Assembly: GCA_024693205.1 (NCBI GenBank)
Contig: JAILLJ010000080.1
Location: 1 to 57,196 of the forward strand
Length of the DNA stretch: 57,196 bases
Direction: 5' to 3'
Origin: Clostridiales bacterium
GTDB taxonomy: Bacteria > Bacillota > Clostridia > Oscillospirales > Acutalibacteraceae
The notes beneath the pieces are model-generated. The model was not told the origin of the DNA and made no database searches. It saw only the letters and a program-made list of their open reading frames with translations. Below, one piece after another: positions 49,908-57,196 of the stretch. Within the stretch, counting starts at the first letter, position 1. Each line of letters starts with the position of its first letter. The translations under genes and the position numbers were made by a program.

Positions 49908-51038
49908 TCATGCCCCTGACGCGTCGAAAAATTTTCCGCGTATCATAACGGCGCGTATATTGTTTTCGCCGTCAAGGAAAAGGATATCTGCGCTTTTGCC
50001 CTTTTCGATGCTGCCCGTTATCTTATCTTTTCCGATGACTCTCGCAGGATTTATCGTACAGGATCTCAGCGCCTGTTCCTCATCTATCCCGAATGAGATG
50101 AGGTTTTTATATTCGTCGTATATGTTTGAAGTGCTCGCGGCTATCGTGCCGTCCTTAAGAAGCGCCCTGCCGTTTTTGACAAAGACCTCCGTTCCGCCGA
50201 GCGTATATGTCCCGTCGGGACATCCCGCCGCCTTCATGGCGTCGCTTATGACTACCGTTCTGTCCCTGCCCAATAGCCTAAACGACGATCTTATAAGCGA
50301 AGGGTGGACGTGAAATCCGTCGCAGATAAATTCAGCCGTCACGGTCTTTGAGTCGAACACCGCGGGTATTATGCCGGGCGCTCTCTGTGAAACGGGCGTC
50401 ATGGCGTTGAAAAGATGCGTCGCGTGAGAAAATCCGCTCTCAAAGCCCTTTACCGCCTCGTCGTAGGAGGCGGCGGTATGAGCCGCGGAGACGGTACAGA
50501 CCTTTGACGCTTCCCTTGCAAATTCACATGCCCCCGAAACTTCGGGCGCGACGTCGACAAGCACAATATCGCAGACCGAGGCGAGGGACAAAAACTCACC
50601 TATGTCGGGCTTCCTTATAAATCTTTCGTCCTGCGCGCCCTTCTTTTCATAGGAGATATAGGGGCCTTCCATGTTCACTCCGTGGATATATGCTCCCTTT
50701 TCTTTTCCGATATATGCTTTGACGGCGCCGAGCTGACTTAAAAGCGCGTCATGCGGAGACGTCATCGTCGTCGGGCAAAACGAGGTTATTCCGCGCTTCG
50801 CAAGCTCGAACGACATCTTTTCGAGCGACTTTTCCGAAGCGTCGTCGACGTCACCGCCGCCGAAGCCGTGGATATGGACGTCGATAAATCCGGGAACCGC
50901 CGTACAGCCCGAAAAATCGACGGTGTCGTCACCGTCGATCGTTTCGCTTATTTCGGAGATCAGCCCTTTTTCGATCAAAAGGGCTGTCCTTCTTTTTTTA
51001 AAATCGCCGCAGACTACGGCAGCGTTTTTGATTATCAT
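49908..51038 (-). CDS. nagA: N-acetylglucosamine-6-phosphate deacetylase
   Basis: PGFIDVHIHGFGG metal-binding motif, HLFNAM and ISDAM blocks, 376 aa. It starts 4 nt after the proS stop. Confidence 0.88.
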   Translation of the reverse strand: MIIKNAAVVCGDFKKRRTALLIEKGLISEISETIDGDDTVDFSGCTAVPGFIDVHIHGFGGGDVDDASEKSLEKMSFELAKRGITSFCPTTMTSPHDALLSQLGAVKAYIGKEKGAYIHGVNMEGPYISYEKKGAQDERFIRKPDIGEFLSLASVCDIVLVDVAPEVSGACEFAREASKVCTVSAAHTAASYDEAVKGFESGFSHATHLFNAMTPVSQRAPGIIPAVFDSKTVTAEFICDGFHVHPSLIRSSFRLLGRDRTVVISDAMKAAGCPDGTYTLGGTEVFVKNGRALLKDGTIAASTSNIYDEYKNLISFGIDEEQALRSCTINPARVIGKDKITGSIEKGKSADILFLDGENNIRAVMIRGKFFDASGA

Positions 51039-51042
51039 GGGA

Positions 51043-52482
51043 TCAATACGCCTTTCCCCAATATACCATATGCTTTGCGGGCTTTCCGCAGCATACGCAC
51101 GTGTCGGAGATATGCTCCTGCTGAAGCGGTATACAGCGCGTTCCGACGCCGGTCAGCTCCTTGACCTTATCTTCGCAAGCCTCGTCGCCGCACCACATGG
51201 CCTTTATGAATCCGTCGCCGTTTTCGGCAAGAGAAGCGTTAATCTCGTCGACGGTCTTGCAGGCGTAAGTCCTGTTTTCGAGGTTTTTGAGCGCCTTATT
51301 ATAGATAGAAGTCGCAAGCTCCTTCAAAAGTCTTTCGATCTCAGACTCGATATTATCAAGCGGGACGAAGGTCTTTTCCCTGTTGTCGCGCCTTACTAAA
51401 ACGCACTGGTTCTTTTCGATATCCTTAGGCCCTATCTCAATGCGGAGCGGCACGCCCTTCATCTCGTATTCGGAGAATTTCCATCCGGGCGAATTGTCGG
51501 AATCGTCGATCTTTACCCTGAATTTTTCTTTCAGTCTTTCGGTAAGCTCATTTGCCTTTTCGAGAACGCCGGCCTTATGCTGAGCCACGGGGATGACGAC
51601 GACCTGAACGGGAGCCACCGCGGGCGGCAGGACAAGTCCGTTGTTGTCACCGTGGGACATGATAATGGCGCCGATGAGCCTTGTCGTAACGCCCCACGAA
51701 GTCTGATGAACGTACTGGAGCGTATTGTTTTTATCGGAATACTGTATGCCGAAAGCCTTGGCGAAGCCGTCGCCGAAATAATGTGACGTTCCCGCCTGGA
51801 GCGCCTTGCCGTCATGCATAAGCGCTTCGATGGCGTATGTCGAAACAGCGCCGGCAAACTTGTCGCTCTCGGTCTTTTTGCCCTTTATCACGGGCATACA
51901 GAGGTCGTCCTCGCAAAAATCGGCGTAGACGTTCAGCATACGCTCCGTCTCCTCCACCGCGTCCTCGGCAGTTGCGTGGACGGTATGTCCCTCCTGCCAG
52001 AGAAATTCTCTCGAACGAAGGAACGGACGCGTGGTCTTTTCCCATCTAACGACGGAGCACCACTGATTGTAAAGCTTGGGAAGATCCCTGTACGAATGAA
52101 CTATATTGGCGTAATGCTCGCAGAAGAGCGTCTCGGATGTAGGCCTTACGCAGAGACGCTCCTGTAACTCCTCGCTGCCGCCGTGTGTGACCCATGCTAC
52201 CTCGGGAGCGAAGCCCTCGACGTGATCCTTTTCTTTTTCGAGCAGGCTTTCGGGGATGAACATCGGCATATAGACGTTTTCATGTCCCGTCGCCTTAAAA
52301 CGCGCGTCAAGGTCGTTTTTGATGTTTTCCCATATGGCAAATCCGTAGGGACGTATGACCATACATCCCTTGACGCTCGAGTAGTCGATAAGATCGGCCT
52401 TTTTAACTATATCGGTATACCATTGAGCAAAATCGACCTCCATCGAGGTGATCTCCTCAACCATTTTCTTTTGTTCTGCCAA
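51043..52482 (-). CDS. proS: Prolyl-tRNA synthetase (archaeal/eukaryote-like short form)
   Basis: [34 protein letters not shown]-terminus, class II motifs, and a C-terminal Zn-type domain ending YWGKAY. TTG 52482 lies 8 nt after AAGGAAG; the alternative ATG 52464 has no SD; the ORF-track ATG 52548 adds a non-homologous extension. Confidence 0.9.
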   Translation of the reverse strand: MAEQKKMVEEITSMEVDFAQWYTDIVKKADLIDYSSVKGCMVIRPYGFAIWENIKNDLDARFKATGHENVYMPMFIPESLLEKEKDHVEGFAPEVAWVTHGGSEELQERLCVRPTSETLFCEHYANIVHSYRDLPKLYNQWCSVVRWEKTTRPFLRSREFLWQEGHTVHATAEDAVEETERMLNVYADFCEDDLCMPVIKGKKTESDKFAGAVSTYAIEALMHDGKALQAGTSHYFGDGFAKAFGIQYSDKNNTLQYVHQTSWGVTTRLIGAIIMSHGDNNGLVLPPAVAPVQVVVIPVAQHKAGVLEKANELTERLKEKFRVKIDDSDNSPGWKFSEYEMKGVPLRIEIGPKDIEKNQCVLVRRDNREKTFVPLDNIESEIERLLKELATSIYNKALKNLENRTYACKTVDEINASLAENGDGFIKAMWCGDEACEDKVKELTGVGTRCIPLQQEHISDTCVCCGKPAKHMVYWGKAY

Positions 52483-52506
52483 AGCTGTTTCTTCCTTTCG
52501 GGGTTG

Positions 52507-52671
52507 TAGGCAACGCCGCACGATCGGGGTGTGCGGATTGCGAAGCAAGATTTTTCGTCAGGTTGTGCAAAAAGAACGCAGGTTTGCTGTCGCAAGTCAA
52601 GAGATTTTTGTGCAACATGACGGAATAATATTCGAGCAAGACGTACACCGCGACTTGTGCGGTGTTGCCTA
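52507..52671. repeat. Imperfect palindrome of ~165 bp filling the acpP-proS spacer (MITE-like element or long RNA hairpin)
   Basis: Terminal arms are TAGGCAACGCCGCAC (52507-52521) and GTGCGGTGTTGCCTA (52657-52671). Each arm has its own small hairpin (CCGCAC/GTGCGG; CACCGC/GCGGTG). Inner arms also mirror each other: TCGTCAGGTTGTGCAAAAAG against the reverse complement CCGTCATGTTGCACAAAAAT. Confidence 0.65.
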
Positions 52672-52896
52672 TCAGCGATCCTCGATAAATCTTACGAAAT
52701 CGCCGACCGTCTTGATCTTTTCGATCTCGGTATCGGGTACTTCCATATCGAACTCGTCCTCTATCGACATGGCGAGGTCGATAACGTCGAGGCTGTCTGC
52801 CTGGAGATCGGACGAAAGGCTGGTGTCCATCGTCACTCTGTCGGCGTCAACGTCAAACTGTTCGCAGATGATATCTCTTACTTTTTCAAATACCAT
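52672..52896 (-). CDS. acpP: Acyl carrier protein
   Basis: 74 aa, LQADSLDVIDLAM phosphopantetheine-Ser motif, AAGGAG RBS. No fab genes are adjacent. Confidence 0.9.
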   Translation of the reverse strand: MVFEKVRDIICEQFDVDADRVTMDTSLSSDLQADSLDVIDLAMSIEDEFDMEVPDTEIEKIKTVGDFVRFIEDR

Positions 52897-52954
52897 AATA
52901 TTAACTCCTTAAAAATAATATTTACAGTTACGAGCGTATCAAACGCACAATATG

Positions 52955-52983
52955 AATATATTAACATTTGCCCTGTTTGTCAA
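52955..52983 (-). promoter_or_regulatory. Putative sigma-A promoter of acpP
   Basis: Minus strand: TTGACA - 17 nt - TATATT. Confidence 0.55.
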
Positions 52984-53064
52984 GTGGATAAACAAATATT
53001 TATTAAAAATTCATTTTTTGTTCCCGTCTTTTTCTTTCTTTCACGAGATATTTTAAAAAAACAC

Positions 53065-53093
53065 TTGACAAACGCATTTTCATATAATAGAAT
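53065..53093 (+). promoter_or_regulatory. Putative sigma-A promoter of the T-box leader
   Basis: TTGACA - 17 nt - TAGAAT, divergent from the acpP promoter. Confidence 0.6.
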
Positions 53094-53099
53094 ACATAG

Positions 53100-53390
53100 C
53101 ACATAATAAAATTTCAAATGCAGTGACGGAACTATGCTTTTCCGCTTTTCCCAAGAGAGCCGGCGGTCGGTGCGAGCCGGTGTGCGGCGTAAAAGCAGTC
53201 TCATTCCCGAGCAGGGTCCCCTAAAGCGACCGTCCGGCTTCGTGTATAAGGGATCACGGCTTGCCCCGTTACCAAGGCAGAGGGCTTTATCGAGCTCTTT
53301 AAAGAGGCCGTTCTTGCGGCAATGCGGGTGGTACCGCGGTATTTTCATATCGTCCCGAAGTTTTTGCTTCGGAACGTTATTTTTTTTACC
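53100..53390 (+). promoter_or_regulatory. T-box riboswitch leader, probable Leu specifier (CUC)
   Basis: Stem I elements are AGAGAG (53154-59) and distal-loop GGTGCGA (53169-75). The specifier loop is flanked by GGAA/TTCC and TGCTTTT/AAAAGCA helices and reads GUCUCA, i.e. CUC at 53200-02 followed by A. F-box CCGTTA is at 53266-71 and the T-box GGGTGGTACCGCG at 53326-38. The terminator CGTCCCGAAG/CTTCGGAACG plus T8 spans 53351-53387. Confidence 0.85.
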
Positions 53391-53407
53391 CGAAAGGAGA
53401 AAACAGC

Positions 53408-54814
53408 ATGAAAACGATCAAAATTTACGACATGACGCTGAGAGAGGGAGCGGATATCCTTTTGAGCTTCCGCGAAAAGATCGACACGGCAAAACAGCTC
53501 GACAGGCTTAACGTCGACGTTATCGAGATGGCGGGAGCAACGAGCGAAAAATCAGACGAGCTGCTTATTAAATCCATCGCCTCCGTTCTTAAAAACAGCA
53601 TCCTCTCCGTCTCCGTCGGATATTCCGAAAAGGATGCGGACAAGGCGTACAGTGCCGTCTGCGGAGCGAAAAAGCCGAGACTTCATGTTATTCTCCCCGT
53701 ATCGGCAGTACAGATGGAATATATAACCCACAAAAAGCCCGCTAAAATGCTTGAGCTTATATCATCCCTCGTCTCTCACTGCGCGTCTCTTTGCCCGGAC
53801 GTTGAGTTTTCCGCCGCCGACGCGACGAGAGCCGACAGGGATTTCCTTAAAAAAGCGGTGAACGCCGCGATAGAATCGGGAGCCAAGACAGTCACCTTCT
53901 GCGACTCGACCGGCACGATGCTCCCCGCCGAAACAGCGGAGTTCTTAAAGGAGCTTAAAGCTGAGATCCCCGCTCTCTGTGAAGTTGACTGCGGTATGCA
54001 GTGCAGTAACGAGATCAAAATGGCTGCTGCCTGCGCCTTCGCGTCCGTCGACGGCGGTGCAAACATAATCAAGACGACCGTTTGCGGCGCTTCGACCCCG
54101 ACGCTCGACGCCGTAGGACATACCATTCACGTCAGAGGCGACTCGCTCGGCATCAAATGTAAGCTTAAAATGACGGAGCTCAGTTCCGTCATGAAGCAGC
54201 TTATCTCCCACGCGAAGGAAAAGCGCAGCGAAACGTCTCCCTTCGACAACGGCGTAAACGAGCTTGCCGGAAGCGAAGATATTTCATTCGACAGCACCGC
54301 GACGCGCCGCGATATCATAAGAGCCGTCAAAAAGCTCGGATATTCTTTCTCCGAGGACGACAACGCCAAGATATACGAGGCGTTCATGCGCGTCGCCAAC
54401 AAGAAACAGCATGTCGGCGGAAAAGAGCTTGAGGCGATCATCGCAAGCTCCGCGTTACAGGTGCCGCCGACATATAAGCTCATAAATTACGTCATAAACA
54501 GCGGCAACATCATCTCCCCGACGGCAATGATAACTCTCGAAAAGAATGGCGAGATATTAAAGGGTCTCAGCACCGGCGACGGCCCCATCGACGCCTCATT
54601 CCTCGCGATAGAACAGATAACCGGTCACCACTACGAGCTCGACGACTTCCAGATACAGGCAGTGACAGAGGGACGAGAGGCCATGGGCGACGCTCTGATA
54701 AGGCTCCGCTCCGACGGCGTACTCTATTCCGGCAAGGGCATTTCGACGGACATCATCGGCGCGAGCATAAGAGCCTACGTCAACGCCCTCAATAAGATAG
54801 TATACGAAGAATAA
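53408..54814 (+). CDS. 2-isopropylmalate/citramalate synthase-like protein (DRE-TIM fold plus LeuA-dimer regulatory domain) with degenerate catalytic motifs
   Basis: Overall collinear with LeuA: IYDMTLREGAD aligns with DTTLRDGEQ, DVEFSAADATRA with DVEFS.EDA.R, and CDSTGT with DTVG. The C-terminus HHYELDDFQIQAVTEGREAMGDALIRL...GKGISTDIIGASIRAYVNALNKI is the LeuA_dimer domain. The H.H metal motif position reads EVDCGMQCSNE. Confidence 0.7.
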   Translation: MKTIKIYDMTLREGADILLSFREKIDTAKQLDRLNVDVIEMAGATSEKSDELLIKSIASVLKNSILSVSVGYSEKDADKAYSAVCGAKKPRLHVILPVSAVQMEYITHKKPAKMLELISSLVSHCASLCPDVEFSAADATRADRDFLKKAVNAAIESGAKTVTFCDSTGTMLPAETAEFLKELKAEIPALCEVDCGMQCSNEIKMAAACAFASVDGGANIIKTTVCGASTPTLDAVGHTIHVRGDSLGIKCKLKMTELSSVMKQLISHAKEKRSETSPFDNGVNELAGSEDISFDSTATRRDIIRAVKKLGYSFSEDDNAKIYEAFMRVANKKQHVGGKELEAIIASSALQVPPTYKLINYVINSGNIISPTAMITLEKNGEILKGLSTGDGPIDASFLAIEQITGHHYELDDFQIQAVTEGREAMGDALIRLRSDGVLYSGKGISTDIIGASIRAYVNALNKIVYEE

Positions 54815-54857
54815 TCGCTCACTACTACCTTACAGATCATCCGAAGGGAGAAAAAAG

Positions 54858-57196
54858 ATGAAGCTTTCATTCTCAACAAACGGCTGGAACGAATTCAGCT
54901 GGCGTGAATTTTATTCCTTAGCCAAGGATCTCGGCTTTGACGGCATAGAGATCCACAATGTCGGCAGCGACGTTTTCGGCGGAAGAGAAAATCCGTTCAG
55001 CGACGCATTTTTAGCCGAAACGGCGCGGAAAATGCGCGAGCTCGATCTCAAGATACCGTGTATAGATACGGTCTGTGATATAGCCGACATGTCGAAGCTC
55101 ACCGAAAACTGTGTTGAAATAGAAGAAAACATCGAGGCGGCAGTCGCTCTCGGTTCGCCCTATATCCGTATTTACGCCTCAAAGCAGGACGGAAAGACGA
55201 GCGAGGAGGAGGACGCCGCAGTTGAGGAACATCTTAAAAAGATGCTTCCGGTCGCGATCGACGCGGGAGTTACTCTTCTTATCGAGACGGTAGGAATTTA
55301 CGCCGACACAACGCGCCTTTGCGACGTCCTTAATTTATTCGCGTCCGATTATTTAGGCGCTCTCTGGGATCTTCACCATCCCTACAGGTTCTTTGACGAA
55401 AGCGCCGAAAAGACGGTACAGAACCTCGGAGCATATATAAAGCATGTCCATGTCAAGGATTCCGAAACGGTAGACGGCGAGACGCGCTACTGCCTTATGG
55501 GCGAGGGCACCTTACCTATAGACGAAATGCTGTTCGCTCTCCGTTCCGTAAATTACGACGGATTCATCTCGTTTGAGTGGATACCCTCATGGATAGAGGC
55601 TCTCAGCGACAGCGGTATAGTTTTCCCCCATTTCATAAATTACATGAGCCGCTTCGACGAAAACTCCGGCACTCACGACACGCTTTATACAAACAAGGCG
55701 GGCGACGGCAAATACGTCTGGCCCAAGGAAAAAATAATCAGATACACCTTTTCACAGGTGCTTGACAAGATGGTCGAGGAATTTCCCGATCAGTACGCCT
55801 TTAAATACACGACGCTCGACTACACGAGGACTTATTCCGAATTCCGCGACGACGTCGACACATTCTGTCGCTCGCTGATAGCCCTCGGCGTAAAGCCCGG
55901 CGATCATGTCGCCGTATGGGCGACGAATGTGCCGCAGTGGTACCTTGCGTTCTGGTCTGCGGCCAAGATAGGCGCAGTCCTCGTAACGGTCAATACGGCT
56001 TATAAGATACACGAAGCGGAATATCTGCTCCGCCAGTCCGACACGCATACCCTTATAATGATAGACGGCGCGCTCGACTCGGACTATGTGGCGATAATCA
56101 ACGAGCTTTGTCCGGAGCTTAAAAATTCCGTGCCCGGTCAGCCGCTCCACTGCCGCAGGCTCCCGTTCCTCCGCAACGTGATAACGGTAGATTCGAGACA
56201 GGACGGCTGTCTCACATGGGACGACGCTCTGGCGCTCGCAAACAAGGTGCCTATTGAGGAGGTCTACCGCCGCGCCGCCGCAGTCGATATCCACGACGTC
56301 TGCAACATGCAGTACACCTCCGGCACGACGGGCTTCCCGAAGGGCGTTATGCTTACTCACAATAACGTCGTAAACAACGGCAAGCTCATCGGCGACAGGA
56401 TGGAGCTTTCGACAGCCGACAGGATGATGATACAGGTACCGATGTTCCATTGTTTCGGCATGGTCCTTGCCATGACCGCCTCGATGACACACGGCGCCAC
56501 GATATGCCCCATCCCCTACTTTTCCGCAAAATCCTCCCTCGCATGTATAAACCAGGAGAGGATAACCGCCTTCCACGGCGTACCGACGATGTTTATAGCC
56601 ATGATGGAGCATGAGGATTTCCCGAAGACTGATTTTTCATATATGCGTACAGGCATCATGGCGGGCAGCACCTGCCCCGAATCTCTTATGCGTCTTGCCG
56701 CAGAAAAAATGCATATGGTCGGTATAACGAGCGTTTACGGCCAGACCGAGGCCTCGCCCGGATGTACGATGAGCGACTGGGAGGACTCGATAGATCTCCG
56801 CACAGGTACTGTCGGACGCGCGTTTTACGGCGTCGAATGCAAGATAGTCGATCCGAACACAAACGAGGAGCTCCCCGACGGTGAAAACGGCGAATTCGTC
56901 GCGCGCGGATACAACCTGATGAAGGGCTACTATAAAATGCCTCAGGCGACGAAGGCCGCCATCGACAGCGACGGATGGCTCCATACGGGCGACCTCGCAT
57001 GCCGTCTGCCGAACGGATATTACCGCATAACGGGCAGACTGAAGGACATGATAATCCGCGGCGGTGAAAACATATATCCGAAGGAGATCGAGGAATTTAT
57101 ACTTACCCATCCGAAGGTCTCCGACGTCCAGGTCATCGGCGTTCCCGATGAGCAGTACGGCGAAGAGATCATGGCGGTCGTCATCGTCAAGGAGGG
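54858..57196 (+). CDS. Fusion protein: xylose-isomerase-like TIM-barrel (sugar-phosphate isomerase/epimerase family) domain plus AMP-dependent acyl-CoA synthetase/ligase; 3' end outside the window
   Basis: This ORF is not in the supplied track because it has no stop in the window. I translated frame 3 codon by codon through 55862 (past the domain junction) and read the remainder continuously to the window end, finding no stop across 779 codons. AAGGGAG RBS precedes ATG 54858. The N-terminus reads MKLSFSTNGWNEFSW...DGIEIH...LLIET...HVHVKD...ISFEW (AP_endonuc_2/IolE-like). From about aa 290 it reads FSQVLDKMVEEFPDQYAF...YTSGTTGFPKGVMLTHNN...YGQTE...TGDL...GRLKDMIIRGGENIYPKEIE (AMP-binding). Confidence 0.85.
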   Translation, partial: MKLSFSTNGWNEFSWREFYSLAKDLGFDGIEIHNVGSDVFGGRENPFSDAFLAETARKMRELDLKIPCIDTVCDIADMSKLTENCVEIEENIEAAVALGSPYIRIYASKQDGKTSEEEDAAVEEHLKKMLPVAIDAGVTLLIETVGIYADTTRLCDVLNLFASDYLGALWDLHHPYRFFDESAEKTVQNLGAYIKHVHVKDSETVDGETRYCLMGEGTLPIDEMLFALRSVNYDGFISFEWIPSWIEALSDSGIVFPHFINYMSRFDENSGTHDTLYTNKAGDGKYVWPKEKIIRYTFSQVLDKMVEEFPDQYAFKYTTLDYTRTYSEFRDDVDTFCRSLIALGVKPGDHVAVWATNVPQWYLAFWSAAKIGAVLVTVNTAYKIHEAEYLLRQSDTHTLIMIDGALDSDYVAIINELCPELKNSVPGQPLHCRRLPFLRNVITVDSRQDGCLTWDDALALANKVPIEEVYRRAAAVDIHDVCNMQYTSGTTGFPKGVMLTHNNVVNNGKLIGDRMELSTADRMMIQVPMFHCFGMVLAMTASMTHGATICPIPYFSAKSSLACINQERITAFHGVPTMFIAMMEHEDFPKTDFSYMRTGIMAGSTCPESLMRLAAEKMHMVGITSVYGQTEASPGCTMSDWEDSIDLRTGTVGRAFYGVECKIVDPNTNEELPDGENGEFVARGYNLMKGYYKMPQATKAAIDSDGWLHTGDLACRLPNGYYRITGRLKDMIIRGGENIYPKEIEEFILTHPKVSDVQVIGVPDEQYGEEIMAVVIVKE

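Noticed and set aside
49789-50313. 174-aa plus-strand ORF
   Set aside because: It is antisense to nagA, begins inside the T-rich terminator tail, and has no RBS or motifs.
52483-52671. Expected T-box or other known leader upstream of proS
   Set aside because: I searched both the spacer and the ORF-track N-terminal extension for AGAGA, the F-box and GGTGGTACCGCG and found none. The region is instead a long palindrome, reported separately.
52980-53511. ORFs 52980-53348 (-) and 53134-53511 (+)
   Set aside because: Both overlap the promoter region and the T-box leader RNA (53100-53390). The plus-strand ORF also runs through the terminator and the true start of the LeuA-like gene in another frame.
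55752-57110. Minus-strand ORFs 55752-56612 (286 aa), 56637-57110 (157 aa) and 56686-57000
   Set aside because: These are antisense shadow frames of the plus-strand fusion gene (54858 onward). That gene shows unambiguous AMP-binding motifs, whereas the minus-strand products are Arg/His/Val-rich with no recognisable motifs.

Overview
This 57.2 kb window looks like a Clostridia-class Firmicute, probably Oscillospiraceae/Ruminococcaceae-like. The evidence is an alpha/beta-type SASP gene, a T-box leader, an Enterococcus-type V-ATPase operon and roughly 50-55% GC. Most of the window is conserved core genome.

Core content:
- **2-oxoacid (acetoin/pyruvate-type) dehydrogenase cluster, + strand, 1-7106:** a truncated Zn-dehydrogenase, E2, E3, a fused E1 alpha-beta and LplA.
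- **Small genes, 7120-11303:** secreted lipase, bcp, licD, SASP and a hydrolase.
- **Transcription/translation block, - strand, 11381-23557:** rpoB-rpoC-rpsL-rpsG-fusA-tuf with recognisable promoters.
- **Nine-gene ntpFIKECGABD-type V-ATPase operon, - strand, 36316-45011.**
- **rpsT, nagA-proS and acpP, 49222-52896.**

Three accessory stretches stand out:
- **24.4-36.2 kb:** a large B-repeat surface protein, a two-component system, a cluster of palindromic REP-like units, and a three-gene exported operon (two lipoproteins plus an LCAT-like lipase).
- **45.2-49.0 kb:** an operon of four tandem, divergent paralogs encoding small exported proteins of no family I recognise. It sits beside what looks like a decayed germination-protease (gpr) gene.
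- **53.1-57.2 kb:** a Leu-type T-box leader controls a LeuA-like protein that appears to lack the catalytic metal-binding motifs. It is followed by one long open frame that is absent from the supplied ORF track because it runs off the window. That frame fuses a xylose-isomerase-like TIM barrel to an AMP-dependent acyl-CoA ligase.

I found no rRNA, tRNA, CRISPR array, transposase or integrase. All homology statements come from motif recognition by eye and are not database results.
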